Below, piece by piece: positions 25,152-39,176 of a DNA stretch of 64,000 bases; the stretch's first letter is position 1; every line of letters starts with the position of its first letter. This DNA comes from Octopus sinensis (lineage: Eukaryota): assembly GCF_006345805.1 (NCBI RefSeq), contig NC_042998.1, forward strand, positions 119,536,001-119,600,000. Direction: 5' to 3'. The notes under the pieces were generated by a model. That model saw only the letters and a program-made list of their open reading frames with translations. It ran no database searches and had not been told where the DNA came from. A program made the position numbers and the translations under genes.

Positions 25152-25168
25152 AATAAAGCCATAATAAA
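25152..25168 (+). terminator. Polyadenylation signals (AATAAA x2)
   Basis: AATAAA at 25152-25157 and 25163-25168, just after the stop codon. Confidence 0.55.
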
Positions 25169-25201
25169 AGAACTCGATATCAAAAGAACCAGTAATTAAT
25201 G

Positions 25202-25274
<73 letters not shown>

Positions 25275-25542
25275 CCTCTTTCCCTCCCTATTTCAATGTA
25301 TCTATCTCTATCTCACTCCTCTCTCTCTCATTCGCTCTTTCTCTTTCTATCCAGCTCTACTTACATACACGCATGCATATGCATATACACGCACGCACGC
25401 GTAAACATTTATATTCATATCGAAGCTATGTCTCCCTGCTTTTGTCAGTTTGATTAGCACTATTAGGCAAAGAGAAAGAAAATTTTCAGAACAACTTTCG
25501 AATTCCGTCATAAATTTATGCATACAAACACACTCAATGACA

Positions 25543-25638
<96 letters not shown>

Positions 25639-25692
25639 ACACACATATGCATTATACATGTGTGTGTGTATCTACATATACATTATTATATA

Positions 25693-25750
<58 letters not shown>

Positions 25751-25799
25751 CGCATAAAAATATATCTATATATTAAATACCAATCAAAATGTACAGTAT

Positions 25800-26022
25800 T
25801 TTAGATCCATTTCAGCCAATTTGCCAATCGATTTCGCATTGGGTATTAAATAACCGGATGTTAGATGACAGCTTGATTAAGTAACACCACGTGCTCCTCA
25901 GATATGGCAAGCACGAGAAATAAGAAAAAAATACTGCTATCTATGAGGAGCACATGGGGTTAATCCAGTTATTTAATACCCAGTGCCAAACCGATTGATA
26001 AGATCGCTTAAAATGGATCTTT
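25800..26022. mobile_element. MITE-like foldback element (duplicated at about 26430-26640)
   Basis: agatccattt..gggtattaaataac..gtgctcctc pairs imperfectly with gaggagcac..gttatttaataccc..aaatggatct. Confidence 0.6.
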
Positions 26023-26131
26023 GATTAACATACCAACACGTGCGTGTATATTTTTCTGACTCTTGGATTCTTAGACGACTATGTGTGTATATATATATAC
26101 ATACACACACGCACACACACACACACACACA

Positions 26132-26173
<42 letters not shown>

Positions 26174-26174
26174 G

Positions 26175-26212
<38 letters not shown>

Positions 26213-27101
26213 ATATATATATATACTAAGCATAAGGGTTTATTTCCTCGAATATTTACATAAGACTACTTGGTGTAATTGTAATTTTTCCAAATTAAAT
26301 AATTCACCCTTCATTATTACGATTATATCTATATATATATATATATATTATATATATATATTATATATATATATATATATACGCATAAAAATATATCAAT
26401 ATTAAATACCATCAAATGTACAGTATTTTAGATCCATTTCAGCAATTTGCCAATCGATTTCGCATGGGTATTAAAACCCGGATGTTAGATGACAGCTTGA
26501 TTAAGTAACACCACGTGCTCAGATATGGCAAGCACGAGAAATAAGAAAAATACTGCTATCTATGAGGAGCACATGGGGTTAATCCAGTTATTTAATACCC
26601 AGTGCCAAACCGATTGATAAGATCGCTTAAATGGATCTTTGATTAACATACCAACACGTGCGTGTATATTTTTCTGACTCTTGGATTCTTAGACGACTAT
26701 GTGTGTATATATATTACATACACACACGCACACACACACACAACACACCACACACACATATACATATATAGATATATAATATATATATATATAATATATA
26801 TATATATATGGGTGTGGGTGTGGGGTGTGGTATGGGGGTGTATGCGTGTAATTAGATGTGTGAGAGAGTATCTGTTCGTTTATGGTAAATAACTTTATAC
26901 AACAGAGAAGTAAATACATACAAATTTAAATCATACAATCAGTAAAAGCTGTTTGTGTTCTGTATTAATCTGGTCTATTTTGATACCAACAAATATCTCC
27001 ACTGTAAGTTTATCTAAATAAAGATCATTCTCAGAACTGGTTGCTTTATTTTCTTATAAACTTTTCTTTTGATGTAAAAGTATACTGATGAGATAGGTAT
27101 A

Positions 27102-27623
27102 CCGTAAATCCTTGAGTATAGTCCGCCCTTGAGTATAATACGCAGGGGATTTTTAGGGGGATGTGCCTCTGAAAAACTTAAACCTTGTGTATAATACGCA
27201 CCCCTTCACTAACTTGAGTCGTGCGTAATTAAGCCAGCAACACCTTATCGAACAAACACTTCCGCGCATGCGTAATACTATAATGGTGATGTTCTTAACT
27301 GTTATATGGGAATGTAAATATGTTTGCAAATTCTTTTTGTTACATGTTATTCGATGTTCTGAATACTTTTATTTTAATAAATGTTGCTTACTGCAAGTTA
27401 TAGATGATTCTTTTAAGACTTCATTGCTTTCAGGCTTAGCTTAAGGTATTTTCGCGCCCGACATCACAAAATGCGTCTGAACAAACATTGCCGGGCAGCA
27501 AATAGAGACTCAGACATTGCTCAGAAAATATGTTTCATTTTTAACCTCGTATATAGTACGCACTAGGGATTTTGACCTTTAAATTTTGGGGAAAAAATGC
27601 GGATTATACTCGAGGATTTACGG
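27102..27623. mobile_element. pogo/Tigger-like MITE
   Basis: TA|ccgtaaatccttgagtatagtccgc ... gcggattatactcgaggatttacgg|TA; TIRs with TA TSD. Confidence 0.85.
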
Positions 27624-28351
27624 TAGACAATTTGGTTTCTTGCTTAAAACTGTTCCAGTTCATATTTGCTCCGAATAACAGGAAGGGTAGAATCGTGAAC
27701 GAACTCCACAACTTTTTTCTTTTCTTCTGTGTTAAATCTTCCTACAGGTGCAGGCGTGGACATATGGTAAGGATTTTGCTTCCCAACCACATGGTTCCGG
27801 GCTGGGTTCAACTGTGTGTCACCTTCAACAAATGTTTTCTAATATAGTCCCAGGCCAACCAAATCCTTAAGAATGGATTAGGTAGACGGAAACTGAAAGA
27901 AGACCGTCGTATATATATTTTTGTGTATCTTTGTGTTTGTGTTTGTCCCCCACTACCACTTGTCAACTATTGTTGGTTTGTCTACGTCCTTTTGATTTAG
28001 TAGTTAGGCATTAAAGATCAATAGAGTAAGTATCGGGCTTTAAAAAATAAGTACTGAGGTCGATTTGTTCAACTAAAACCCTTCAAGGCGGCCTTCTAGC
28101 ATGGCTGCTGTCCAGTGACTGAAACAAATTAAAGATAAAACGATAAGTAATAATTAACGGTTAGGATTTAATCTATATAATATTTATATATACAATATAT
28201 ATAAACAGTATGAAATAATATATGCATTAATTTAAAGCGGGAAAAGAATAATCCCTTCAACAGAACTTTAAATTCGTGCGTACAATCATACATAAATGTG
28301 TTTGTACAATGTGCGTGTGTGCGTGTGTATGTGTGTTTGTATAATTACGTA

Positions 28352-28550
28352 TAAGGGGTCGCTCAAAAGTTCCTGGCCTTAAGGGTAGGGCGAAAGGCCC
28401 TAGTTTTTTTACGAGTTCTTCTACACAGCTTAGAAAAACTGAAGGACCGCTGCAATAAGTGATAGGAATATGTTGAATAAAATCATAATTAACTGGTCCT
28501 CCTGTATTTTCTTTTACCCAAAACCAGAAACTTTTCAACACCTCCTCGTA
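28352..28550. mobile_element. Short mariner-derived MITE
   Basis: aggggtcgctcaaaagttcctgg ... ccagaaacttttcaacacctcctcgta imperfect TIRs. Confidence 0.6.
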
Positions 28551-30041
28551 CGTATGTCTGTGTGTGAATCAGTGTGTGAATCTGCATTAAAGAATTATTT
28601 CTTTAATATAATAATGGTCTACAATAATGGTTAATAATGGTTAATAGAAGGCTACAAATAATCAAGGAGTATTAGTTGAGTGTATTTCTCTCCAGTACTG
28701 GGATCGTCCTTGTTTTATCCATCTGAGATAGGTGAAAGGTAAATTTGAACTTGTCAAGATTTAAATCCAGAACGCAAAACAAAAAATACAAAGGTTATTT
28801 GCTAATTTTGCTATCTTCTTTCGTGTATTCGTGTAACAGACGAGTCCACCATTTTTTTTTTTTTTTTTTGCTGTCTTTTTAACACTGGATGGGTCTCCTT
28901 GCCAACAAATTATTTTAGCAGGTGGGAGGATGGAATAAATAAATCAGTAAGATGGAAAATAAGAAACAGGAGAATAAAGACAAGATGGATGAGAGGAAGA
29001 GGAATAGAAAAAAAGATAAGCAGCAGCGGGAGACATATGGAAATATTACAGAAGATTTAGGTAAAAATGCGTTATGGAAAACAGCTGAAATAGGATGTTT
29101 GAGCATAAGAAATTAAAAATAAAATGATAGTAAAGTAAATTATAGAGGAATTATTAGGCTTATTTCGAGAAAATTTCGAGTGAATTGTAGGAGAATCTTA
29201 AGAATATAGGGGGTGGGAGCGCAAATAACGAAGATATAGACAGAAATTATTGATAATATTTGGGTCAGGGATGATATTATTATAATGTAAAAATAAAGAG
29301 AAATAATCAAAACACAATAAAGTGATACGACAATAGATAATTGTGTAAACAAAGAATGGTTGTGTAAAGGTCATTTTACTAGCAATAATAGTAAAAAATA
29401 TTATAGAATAAGAATGATAGTTATATGATTGTGTTATGTAGTGATGTGGGGAAATTTCAAGGAGGATCTACAGGGAAAAGTATGAAGATGGTGGGCTAAT
29501 AGGAGTAGGATACGATTTTGAAGTACTTGTATGTTTTACAACGTTCATGGCTACATCAAAACAACCCGACGTAAAGTGTGATGAATAAAGGGTCCTTGGT
29601 CTGTAAAATCTCGAATGCTTCAGTGAGGCACGTATCATCCTTTCGCCAGAGATATTCACTAAAATGGGGAGTACTCACTAAACTCAAACCTTATTTATTA
29701 TCTTTTGCAATTCGTTCACCTTTTAATCTAAGAGTTTTCGTAAGATCAACTGATAGCGATAGTATAGAATATCCACAGTTTAAACAGGTCGGCTACAAAG
29801 ACGATAGATTTAAGACTTGCACCGTCGACTAAAATGGGACTGAAAATCGATTACTGAAAGTTGAATGCGTCTTTCCCCGTGTGCAAAGACTACAGAGACC
29901 GGATCACAAGGAGATGATCACCAACAAACGGCGGCGGGGCACTCTGAACAAGGCGACTGATGTATAATTGACAGCGTTTATCAAAGAAATAGCGGCAGAG
30001 CGAAATAGATTAGAGGAGTAATATAGAAGTTATATCTAGAA

Positions 30042-33000
30042 CAGTCATGGTCAACCTGCGGCTCGCGAAGCTTTCTGGTTGGCTTGCCTAAGTCAGAAAA
30101 GAACAATATTCGCCATCGCCAGACAACCATGTAGTTTTCAACGTGCCCCAGAGTCGATGTACAACAATCCAAATATTCAAGAGCGTTACAAACAGCATCT
30201 CTACTCGGGACACTAACTCAACGAAAGAAAAGTATTGATTTAATGTTCAATTTCTGATTCCACTGCTTATAACGGCTTGTGATAATTCAGCGCCTGTAAA
30301 CACACGTGGTATTCATGTAACCTTGTCAAGTAGGATTAACGGAATTTTCAACCTATAAGTGTGCAAAGCGCTGTATTTTTTAAATCTTAATTTTTAATGT
30401 CAAAGCTAATGGTTTTATCCAAAAAAAGAAAGATTTCTGAAGAAATGAGAAAATTCCGGAAAAACTGGACAGATGATTATTTATTTGTTGAAGTAAAAAA
30501 TAAACTAATGTGTTTGATATGTTTTGAATGTCTCCGCTTATAAAGAATTTAATATTAAGCGGTATTACACTTCAAAACATTCGAGATACGATAAATTTAA
30601 AGGAGACATTAGACAGCAAAAATTTGAATCCCTCAAGAAACAGATCGGCAGTCTAAATACGTTCTTTTCCAAAAAGCAAACCGGACTAAAAGAAATCATA
30701 CATGTTAGCTATGTTGTTAGTGGCAAAAGATAAAAAAAAATATTCCGAAGGTGAATTTGTAAAAGAATGTCTTTTGACAGTGGCTGAAATTTTGTGTCCA
30801 GAAAAGTTAGGAATGTTTGACAAGATTAGTTTGTCTCGCAGAACATGACGAGTTAAGGAAACTGCAGCTGATACCGTGATAGGAAAAAATAAGAGACCTT
30901 GATTTTTTTTTTTTTTTTTCACTCACTATCGACGAAAGCTCGGCCATATCCGATTCGACTCAACTGGCAATTTTCATACGTGGTATTGATAAGTCATTTA
31001 ATATCGCCGAAGAATTGCTTAGTGTTCAGACAATGAAAGACACAGTTACAGGATGTAAAATTTAAGAAGTGAAGAAAGCAACCTCGAAGTTGAATCTCCG
31101 GCTTGAATGATTCGTCACTGTAGCGACAGACGGGGTTTCAACGATGGTTGGGTCTAAGATAGCTTTCTTGCCAAATTAAAAGAAGAACTAGCACTATGAC
31201 CTGGCGTTGCTGGGTCTAGTGCTAGTGCTTGTTGTTCGTTGCCGGGTCGCAGTAAAAATTTCTCACTAAATCAAGAGCTAAGTTTCTTATCACATTTCAG
31301 CCCGGGCCAGTTTTGTTGTTTATGAGCTAGTTGGAGCTTATTATGAGAGTAATTAATATTCATTGGACTTCGGTTTTCACACCTGGAACGGCATAATCAT
31401 GGAAAATTAGCGGGACTGTACCCATGTCCTTAGTCGGACAAAAAAAAAGACAGAAGAAATCGAAAATCTCGAATTTGGCCGCAAAATAGCATGATTTTGA
31501 AAATACACATAAATCTCGTTTGTTGAGTTTTGGTTTCACACCCAACCCAGTTCTGCGCAATCAGTGTCGCGACGTGAAGGCATGGGTTGGGAGTTCGACT
31601 GGCAGAAGTGATCGAGTTGCACATGCCAGCCCTTTTGACAACAACCCCCCTCACATAACCCCCTCGTCCTATGAGTGAATAGCAATGGTGGGAAGAAAAG
31701 TGCCGATTCCGGCGAAAAGGCAGAGCACAAAAAAACAGCATTCAAAGTGATTTTATGAGTATGACGCATTGAAGCAAGTAACGCAGTAAAGTCAATAGTT
31801 ATAAGTTCATGATGCATAGAAGTACATAAGACATCAAGGTTAACTAAGGTATAAATAATAGGTATGCCTTTTCACCGGAAGGCTAATTGGGCTCCCGATC
31901 CACTGAAACGGGGGAGGTTAGGTTCGGAACATAACTAAGCCTTCAACTAAAACCTAGACTAATATTACAGAAGTGGGCTCGGGAGCCTTTAATAGGCAGC
32001 TTCTAATCCCGATCTATCACTAACCCATCCTAGGGGTTCTAAATAACATGGCTGTAGAGGAAATTGGCTGTGGAGATATGCATGGCGGGTTTGTTTCGGA
32101 GGAGGACGACTGCATTGGATTAAGGACCATTGAAGAATGTAGCTTTGGAGATCCGCATAAGCGAAACTTACCAAACGTTACCGACAGCCTTCACAAAAAG
32201 GGACCTAGCCCTTTAACCTAATTTGATAAACATCTGACAAAGTGAGAATTGTTTTCGTTGAGGGTAGCATTGGTATACCAATGCATTTATAAATGCTTAT
32301 CCAAAATCTCGTTGTAAACAATATTGCGGGTTATACCCTGAGGGGCATATACAAACAGGGCATTCCTACTTTCAACGCGGGAGCAGGCAGCATAAAGTTG
32401 CCCATGCGAAAAGCAGGGCTCCCCCAGATGTATTCCCGCGACTGAGAGTGTCTGTCCCTGAGATTTGTTTATTGACATCACTTAATGGCTTTCTGGGATG
32501 ACTGGGGAAATGAAAAGATCTTCACGACCACCCTCAGACAGTTTTGAAAACCCATAGAAAATACCAGCCTTTTACGTGAAAAACTGTGGATTTGTATAAA
32601 GGACACAAAGACACACAGAAATTGGCTGTGGAGATGTGCATGGCGGGTTTGTTTCGGAAGAGGATGGCTGCATTGGATTAAGGACCATTGAAGAATGTAG
32701 CTGTGGAGATCCTAACTCGTTAATTATTCCCTGCATTTCTCAAATTACAGAAGCTTGCAAGTTTGAAAGCCAAAACATATGATAATGCGTATTCGCAAAA
32801 CACAAAAATGCGCTGAGTCATACAGATTGTCTGCAAATGCGCATGCACATTCAACTGTCAGGGGTAAGGTTATTTCCATCCAATCAAAAAAAAAGCTGGC
32901 AGTCTATTCACGTATCTAGTTGTACGCATGCACCGCGTCCAAATTTCTATGTTTTAGCGATTTTGAATAGATATGCCCATAACTTATGGGCATAAAGGAT

Positions 33001-33362
33001 CGGTTTATCGATTTCTTTAATGGCTTTCTGGAGTGACTGGGGAAAGGAAAAGATCTTCACGGCCACCCTCAGACAGTTTTGAAAGCCTATAGAAAATGCG
33101 AGCTTTTTACGTGAAAAACTGCGGATTTCTATAAAGGACACACAGACACACAGATACACAGACATTTTGCCGTTTATAGATATAGAGATTAACTTCTTTG
33201 AATCTAGCAAATAGTAACTTTACAACGATCCACTAAAATTTGAGAATGTTGTGCGTGTGGTTCTTTCAACCATCAATTTTATAAAATCCCTAGCACTTAA
33301 CCATCACCAATTTAAAGAGTTCTTAGAAGAACTTGAATCAGAGTATGGTGACCTTGTATACC
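30042..33362 (+). mobile_element. Degenerate hAT (SPIN/GTF2IRD2-like) transposon split by a Helitron
   Basis: Begins cagtcatggtcaacctgcggctcgc; transposase remnants WTDDYLFVE..MCLIC..KEFNIKRYY..SEGEFVKEC..ISLSRRT..IDES..QLAIFIRG..ATDG, resuming after 33189 with INFIKSLALNHHQFKEFLEELESEYGDLVY. Confidence 0.85.
31188..33188 (-). mobile_element. Internally deleted Helitron with Pif1 helicase remnant
   Basis: A|TC..CTAG|T ends with subterminal hairpin; ORF 32287-32481 MSINKSQGQTLSVAGIHLGEPCFSHGQLYAACSRV matches the Pif1 C-terminal motifs. Confidence 0.88.
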
Positions 33363-34489
33363 TAAGTTGGCAGGGCCTACGGCAAGGAGAGACACTTTCT
33401 TATCCAGAAAGATGTCCAAACACATGATGAGGAACAGCGAGTGAGCTGGACTGTGAGGTTCGGGCAGTAGGGTGCATGGATACAGTGGAAGTGTGCAACA
33501 ACGCCGGATTGTATGACCAAACATAATTCAGGCTAACTGCTGTCGTTCTCCCAATCCCAACTAACATTCACATCTGGGACAAGAATGAAACACCATCCAG
33601 TCCATTCTACTCTAAAAGAAAATTCTTAGAGCATCTCCTCAGAAGCTACCCAAAGTTCTAGTGGAACGCGGTTATCTTTGGCCATGATTTGGTCATCAAG
33701 AACATAACTTTTGCCATCGATGTAAGCAAACACAACTACGGCCCAAAGGAGAAAATTAAATTTGTCAAAACTAGTAATAACCCCCTACTACAGACAAAAA
33801 CAAGGACAGATCTCTTCTATATAGCTTCTGGCTGACTTGCATGTTAATCTAGAAAAAAGAAGACAGGGAGAGAAAATAACCCTTTCTGTTATGATTACAA
33901 GGGCTAGTCGATTACCTCGATTCAGAACTCAGTTGATGCTTATTTTATCGCCCCCGAAAGGATGAAAGGCGAAGTCGACCTCGTCGGGGATAAAATGCTG
34001 CTAACGCTTCTGCCAGCGTTTGCCACCTTACAGAGAGAGAATAATAAACGATAAACTTGTAGGGAAGATAAAAGTCTACGAGTGTCTCCCACCTTAGGAC
34101 ATTTTGAAATCCAGTATCTACCAATTCTACCCTCATTCTTGGAGTTCTTACGCTATTAGAATATCACAGCGAATTACCATTGAATTATCTCCCCTGACTA
34201 CACTAGTTACGTTGTCCTTTTATCCTCAAACATACTCACACATTCATATACACACGCACAAACTAAAACACCCATACCACACTCACATACAGAAAAACTC
34301 ACGGACAGCCGACAACTGGCGAAGGGTCGTTCTTTATGTTACTTGTCTTGTTTTCCATTTGTTTCTCTCGTTCTTTGCGTACCCAACCTTATTTTCATAT
34401 TTCATGTTGTTTACGTTTTGTGATGTCCTGTACCCATATACACAAACACAAGCACATATATATACACACACACATAGAAACGTGCACAG

Positions 34490-34528
<39 letters not shown>

Positions 34529-34676
34529 TTCACACACCCATACACACACATATATATTCGATTACTGTATGAATTGCTTCTGTCTATAGATTTCTCTCTT
34601 TTATATGTTATATGTTGTTGGCCTTCACTTTTAGTCCCTACTTGTTTATCCCCTCAGAGATAGTTCCTATATCATT

Positions 34677-34758
34677 GGCGTAACCAGAGGAGTAGTACTA
34701 TAGAATTAAAAGTCTTCAGACTTTAAACGCGCTGAAACTACGCTTGAGTCTGGTCGCC
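34677..34758 (+). ncRNA. Possible degenerate hammerhead motif
   Basis: GGCGtaACCA (CT missing)GAGGA..GCGCT GAAA CT acgcttg AG TC TGGTCGCC; helix I pairs but the core is damaged. Confidence 0.35.
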
Positions 34759-35759
34759 ATGTTTATTTGTTTTTTGTCCTTTTCTCTTAATCGTTTCCTT
34801 ACTCCATTTCGATTTCTTATTAGAAAAAAGTATTACGGATACAGGTTGGGTATAGTTTATTGCTGAAGATGTCAGAGACATTGTAATTTTTGCAGTTGCT
34901 TCTTTCGACGAATAGTGTTAGCTCTGGTTTCCAGTGAGTTGTTGTTGTTGTTGTTGTTGCTGCGCTGCTGCTGCTGCTGCTGTTGCCGCTGTTGCTGCTG
35001 TTGTTGTTCTTATTCTTGTTGATGCTGTTGCTTATCTTCAGATATGCTCCGAATGAGAAGACTATGAGTACAGACTATGAGTACAGTCCTGATATCACCT
35101 TTCCATATTATTTACAATAAGAATGTCTCCAAAACTACGTTATTCAAAATGTTCTTTTAAAACAGTAAACTATGATTTGAGGGGAAGTTTGACTGCTAAT
35201 TCTGTTAGATCAACTCAAACCGTACAGCAAGGATGAAGAATCATTTTGGTGCAATAGACTACTTACTTAAAACTCGAGCTGTGTAACTGTACTAAAAATA
35301 AATTATGAATCATTGAATTAAATTTTATGCATTCATATTTTTGTAATTTATATCAAATTCTTGTTATTGACATCGGTTTTAGCTAGGTTTTTGCTGGTTT
35401 GTTTTAGAAAAGGCATTTTAGAAATTTGGTCACAGAGAGGATTCGCATTTTACTGTCGGTGAAGAGTTCTTCATCTCTAAAGGTGAAACATTCTCGTATT
35501 CCAGGTCATCGGTTGACTTGATTATGATGTAATCTGCATTGTCAATTCCACAATCCAAGCACTTACAACTTTCACTATAAACTATACAACGGTGATGCTA
35601 TTCATCACTTTAAATACAGGATAGAGAGGGAGCACTGCTAAAGTTGGCCTACTATTCGTGTGTGTCTATGGGCGTGTATGTGCGTGCGTGCGTGGGTGGG
35701 TGTGTTTAATTGGTTGTGAGGGGGTGTGTATTACCTAATATTAATCTTCACAGTAATTA

Positions 35760-36102
35760 AAAGTTTTTCAAGGATACACTCAAAGCCTCACTGAAGAGAT
35801 TTGAGATCAACCCCGACACCTGGGAAACGCAAGCACAAGATTGCCCTGCCTGGCGAAGCTACACCGACAGAGCTGGCACCTCCTACGAAGAGAACAGGAT
35901 TGCAGGGGTTTAAAGAAAATGCCAACTGCGCTAATCATGAGCCAACTCCTTACCTTCATTCCCAGCAGACCACCCGTACTCGGCCTGTGGCAGAGCCTTC
36001 CAAGCACGCATCAGACTGATCGGTCACAGCCGGACACATCGTGCCTCGTCTTCTTCTCCCATGTGATATCTTTAGTCATCGTCGACAACGACAGACGAAC
36101 TA
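35760..36102 (+). mobile_element. RTE-clade LINE 3' fragment
   Basis: FKDTLKASLKRFEINPDTWETQAQDCPAWRS is a typical RTE ORF2 C-terminus. Confidence 0.8.
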
Positions 36103-36379
36103 GTGTCGTGTGTGTGTGTGTGTGTGTGTGTGTGCGCAGGATTGACTCAGGAATAAATAACAATGATCGGTATTTACTTATCACAGGTTTTATTAGACTC
36201 ATTCAGAAACAGCAAATTTCCTCTATTCTCTGCATCAATTGTCCTAGTTTTGTGACGTGGCGGTTTGAAAATGTAGCAGACGTTTCATCTAATTTACAAA
36301 TTAACACAATGCATTAAACATAACCTAATTAGTGTACTATTTGTACTTTCTTCCTTTTTCTCAAGTTCTCTTTTTTCTC

Positions 36380-36446
<67 letters not shown>

Positions 36447-36842
36447 GCCTTAATTGGGAGGAAGCCAGACATAGTTTTAATTGAGAAAGAAAGCAAACTA
36501 TACTGGATCATAGATATAGCATGCCCGGCTGACAAGAAGGTATACGATAAGGAAGAAAGAAAAGTTGATAGGTATGACAGGTTAGCTTGGGAGGGGAAGC
36601 AGTTGTGGTCGATGAAAAAGGTGGTAGTGTCGGAACCCTGGGAACAGCTAGTAAAAATCTCGAGAAGTACATGGAACAAATAGGGGCTGCACTAAGGGTG
36701 AAGCACTTGCAGAAAACAGCACTGCTTGGAACCGCTCGAATACTCCGGAAGGTGTTCGAAAAATAAGAGGTGTTACCTTAGTTCACTGGTAGTGAACAGC
36801 TGACACCGTGGTACATCCCACGTTAGAAGCTTGTGCAAAGGC
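36447..36842 (+). mobile_element. R4/Dong-like LINE 3' fragment inside (TAA)n
   Basis: RKPDIVLIEKE..WIIDIACPAD..KE..KVDRY is an RLE PD..D/E..K motif; (TAA)n on both sides. Confidence 0.8.
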
Positions 36843-36866
36843 AATAAATAATCAAATAATATAATA

Positions 36867-36922
<56 letters not shown>

Positions 36923-37177
36923 TAATAATGATAATAATAATAATTCTTTTTCAGGACAAATTTCACAAGTCCTGAAATTTGAAAAGAGAGAGGCCAGTCG
37001 ATTAGATCGAACCCAGTACGCAACTGGTGCTTAATTTATCGACCTGAAAGGATGAAAGGCAAGGACAACTTCAGCGAAATTTAAACTCAGACGAAATATC
37101 GCTGTGCATTTCGTACAGCGTGCTAACGATTCTGCCAGCTCGCCGTCTTATATTATTTTATTATTATTATTATTATT

Positions 37178-37214
<37 letters not shown>

Positions 37215-37236
37215 TAATAATAATAATAATAATAAC

Positions 37237-39107
37237 AACAACTCAAGGGCTTACTAGCGATAGTCAAACAATTCAGTGACGACATCAGAATGCAATTCGG
37301 CCTCAATAAATGTGGCAAAGGCTACCTTTATCAAAGGAAAAATGACAGAAACATCTAACGGTAACCTTGACCAACAGAGTCATAAAGAACTAGACCCAGC
37401 GGAGAGCTACAAGTACCTAGGGGTAATTGAAGGGAACGGAATAAGGCATTCAAGATGAAGGAAAGGATCAGGAGAGAATGCTATCGAAGAGTGAGAGCAA
37501 TACTCAAGACAGAGCTGAATGCAAGAAACAGGATCGAAGCATCAATGCATTAGCTATACCAGTCGTGACTTACAGTTTCAATATTGTTAACTGGTCAATA
37601 CTGAAATATGTCAGCTCGACAGAAAAATAAGGAAACTGTTGACAATGCATAGAATGCACCACCCTAAGGCAGATACAGAACGACTCTATCTGCCAAGAAA
37701 AGAGGGAGGCCGTGGTCTTTGCAACTGGCAATAACAATGAAGATTGCTACAATTGGCCTAGACACCTACCTGAAAAACTCTGAGGACTGGATGTTAAAAC
37801 TTGTCTCAAAACATGAAAACAAGAAAGCATCATACTCAGTAACAAAACAGGCAAAGGAATATCTAAGTGAATTCCGATACAACCAATTTCGGAATTAGAG
37901 ATAGACATACAAGAAACAAGCACAGAAAAGCTAGGCGCATGAAAACCCTTGCCAAAACTGCGGCCTTAGATATTCTGAATAATAAATGGCAAGAAAAACC
38001 TCTCTACGGCAAATACCCAAAGAGAGCGAATAATGCAGATATCGACAAAGCCCTGACCCATCAATGGCTAATGGCCTCTGGCTTAAAATCTGAAACAGAG
38101 TGGTTTATCATAGCAGCTCAAGATCAATGCCTACCAACAAGAAACTACCAGGCCAACATATTAAGATCAGAAGCAGTCCAACGTGTCGTGTATGCAAGCA
38201 ACAAAATGAAACCATTGACCATGTGGTCTCCAAGTGCAGTCTTCTAGCGCCTACAGAGTATCTCAACAGGCACGATAGAGCTGCACAATATATTCACTGG
38301 GTAATCTGTAAAAACCTGGAGTTGCCCCATGAGAAAAACTGGTGGGAACACAAACCACCCCCAGTGCTTGAAAATGACCACATCTCACTCCTCTGGACTT
38401 CAAACACCATTCAAACTGACAGGAAGATAGATGCAAATAGGCCAGACATCATATTGAAAGACTTCAAACAAAGAACATGAAATAGAAATCAGCAAAATGT
38501 GGAAGCTGAAGACTAAAACAATACCTGTTGTCATAGGTGCCCTGGGAATGATAGCAAAAGGGGCTGATAGCTACCTAACTCAGATCCAGGAAACCCAAAA
38601 ATGGCAGAAGTTCAAAAGATAGTGCTCATGGGAACTGCTCATATCCTACGCAAAATACTCTCTATGTAACCTCAAGGTTTAAAACAACCATAATTTTCGG
38701 TTTAAAAAAAATAAAAAAAAATAAAAACTTTTTTTTTTTAGACATTCATTAGTCAACAATCCCCACCCCCCAAATATATGGCACACTAAGCATAACAACA
38801 ACATGAACTTCCAACCCTGTTGTCTCTTGAGGTCTCTGGGTGAGACTTGGAGCCAACTTGTACACATATAAAGCAAAAGTCAAACAAATAAATAATAATA
38901 ATATAATAATAATAACACAACATAATTTTCGGTTTAAAAAAAATTTTTTTTTTAGACATTCATTAGTACAACACCAAAAAACTCCCCCCCTCCAATATAT
39001 GGCACACTAGGCATAACAACAACATGAACTTCCAACCTGTTGTCTCTTGAGGTCACTGGGTGAGATTTGGAGCCAACTTTTACAAATATAAAGCAAAAGT
39101 CAAACAT
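37237..39107 (+). mobile_element. R4/Dong-like RLE LINE (5'-truncated, duplicated 3' UTR)
   Basis: FSDDIRMQFGLNKC..YKYLG, RLYLPRKEGGRGL, CCHC finger CRVCKQQNETIDHVVSKC, RHD, RPDI; stop about 38669; 3' UTR repeated at 38680-38890 and 38915-39107; (TAA)n flanks. Confidence 0.92.
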
Positions 39108-39109
39108 AG

Positions 39110-39142
<33 letters not shown>

Positions 39143-39176
39143 TAATAATAATAATAAATAATAATAATAATAATAA

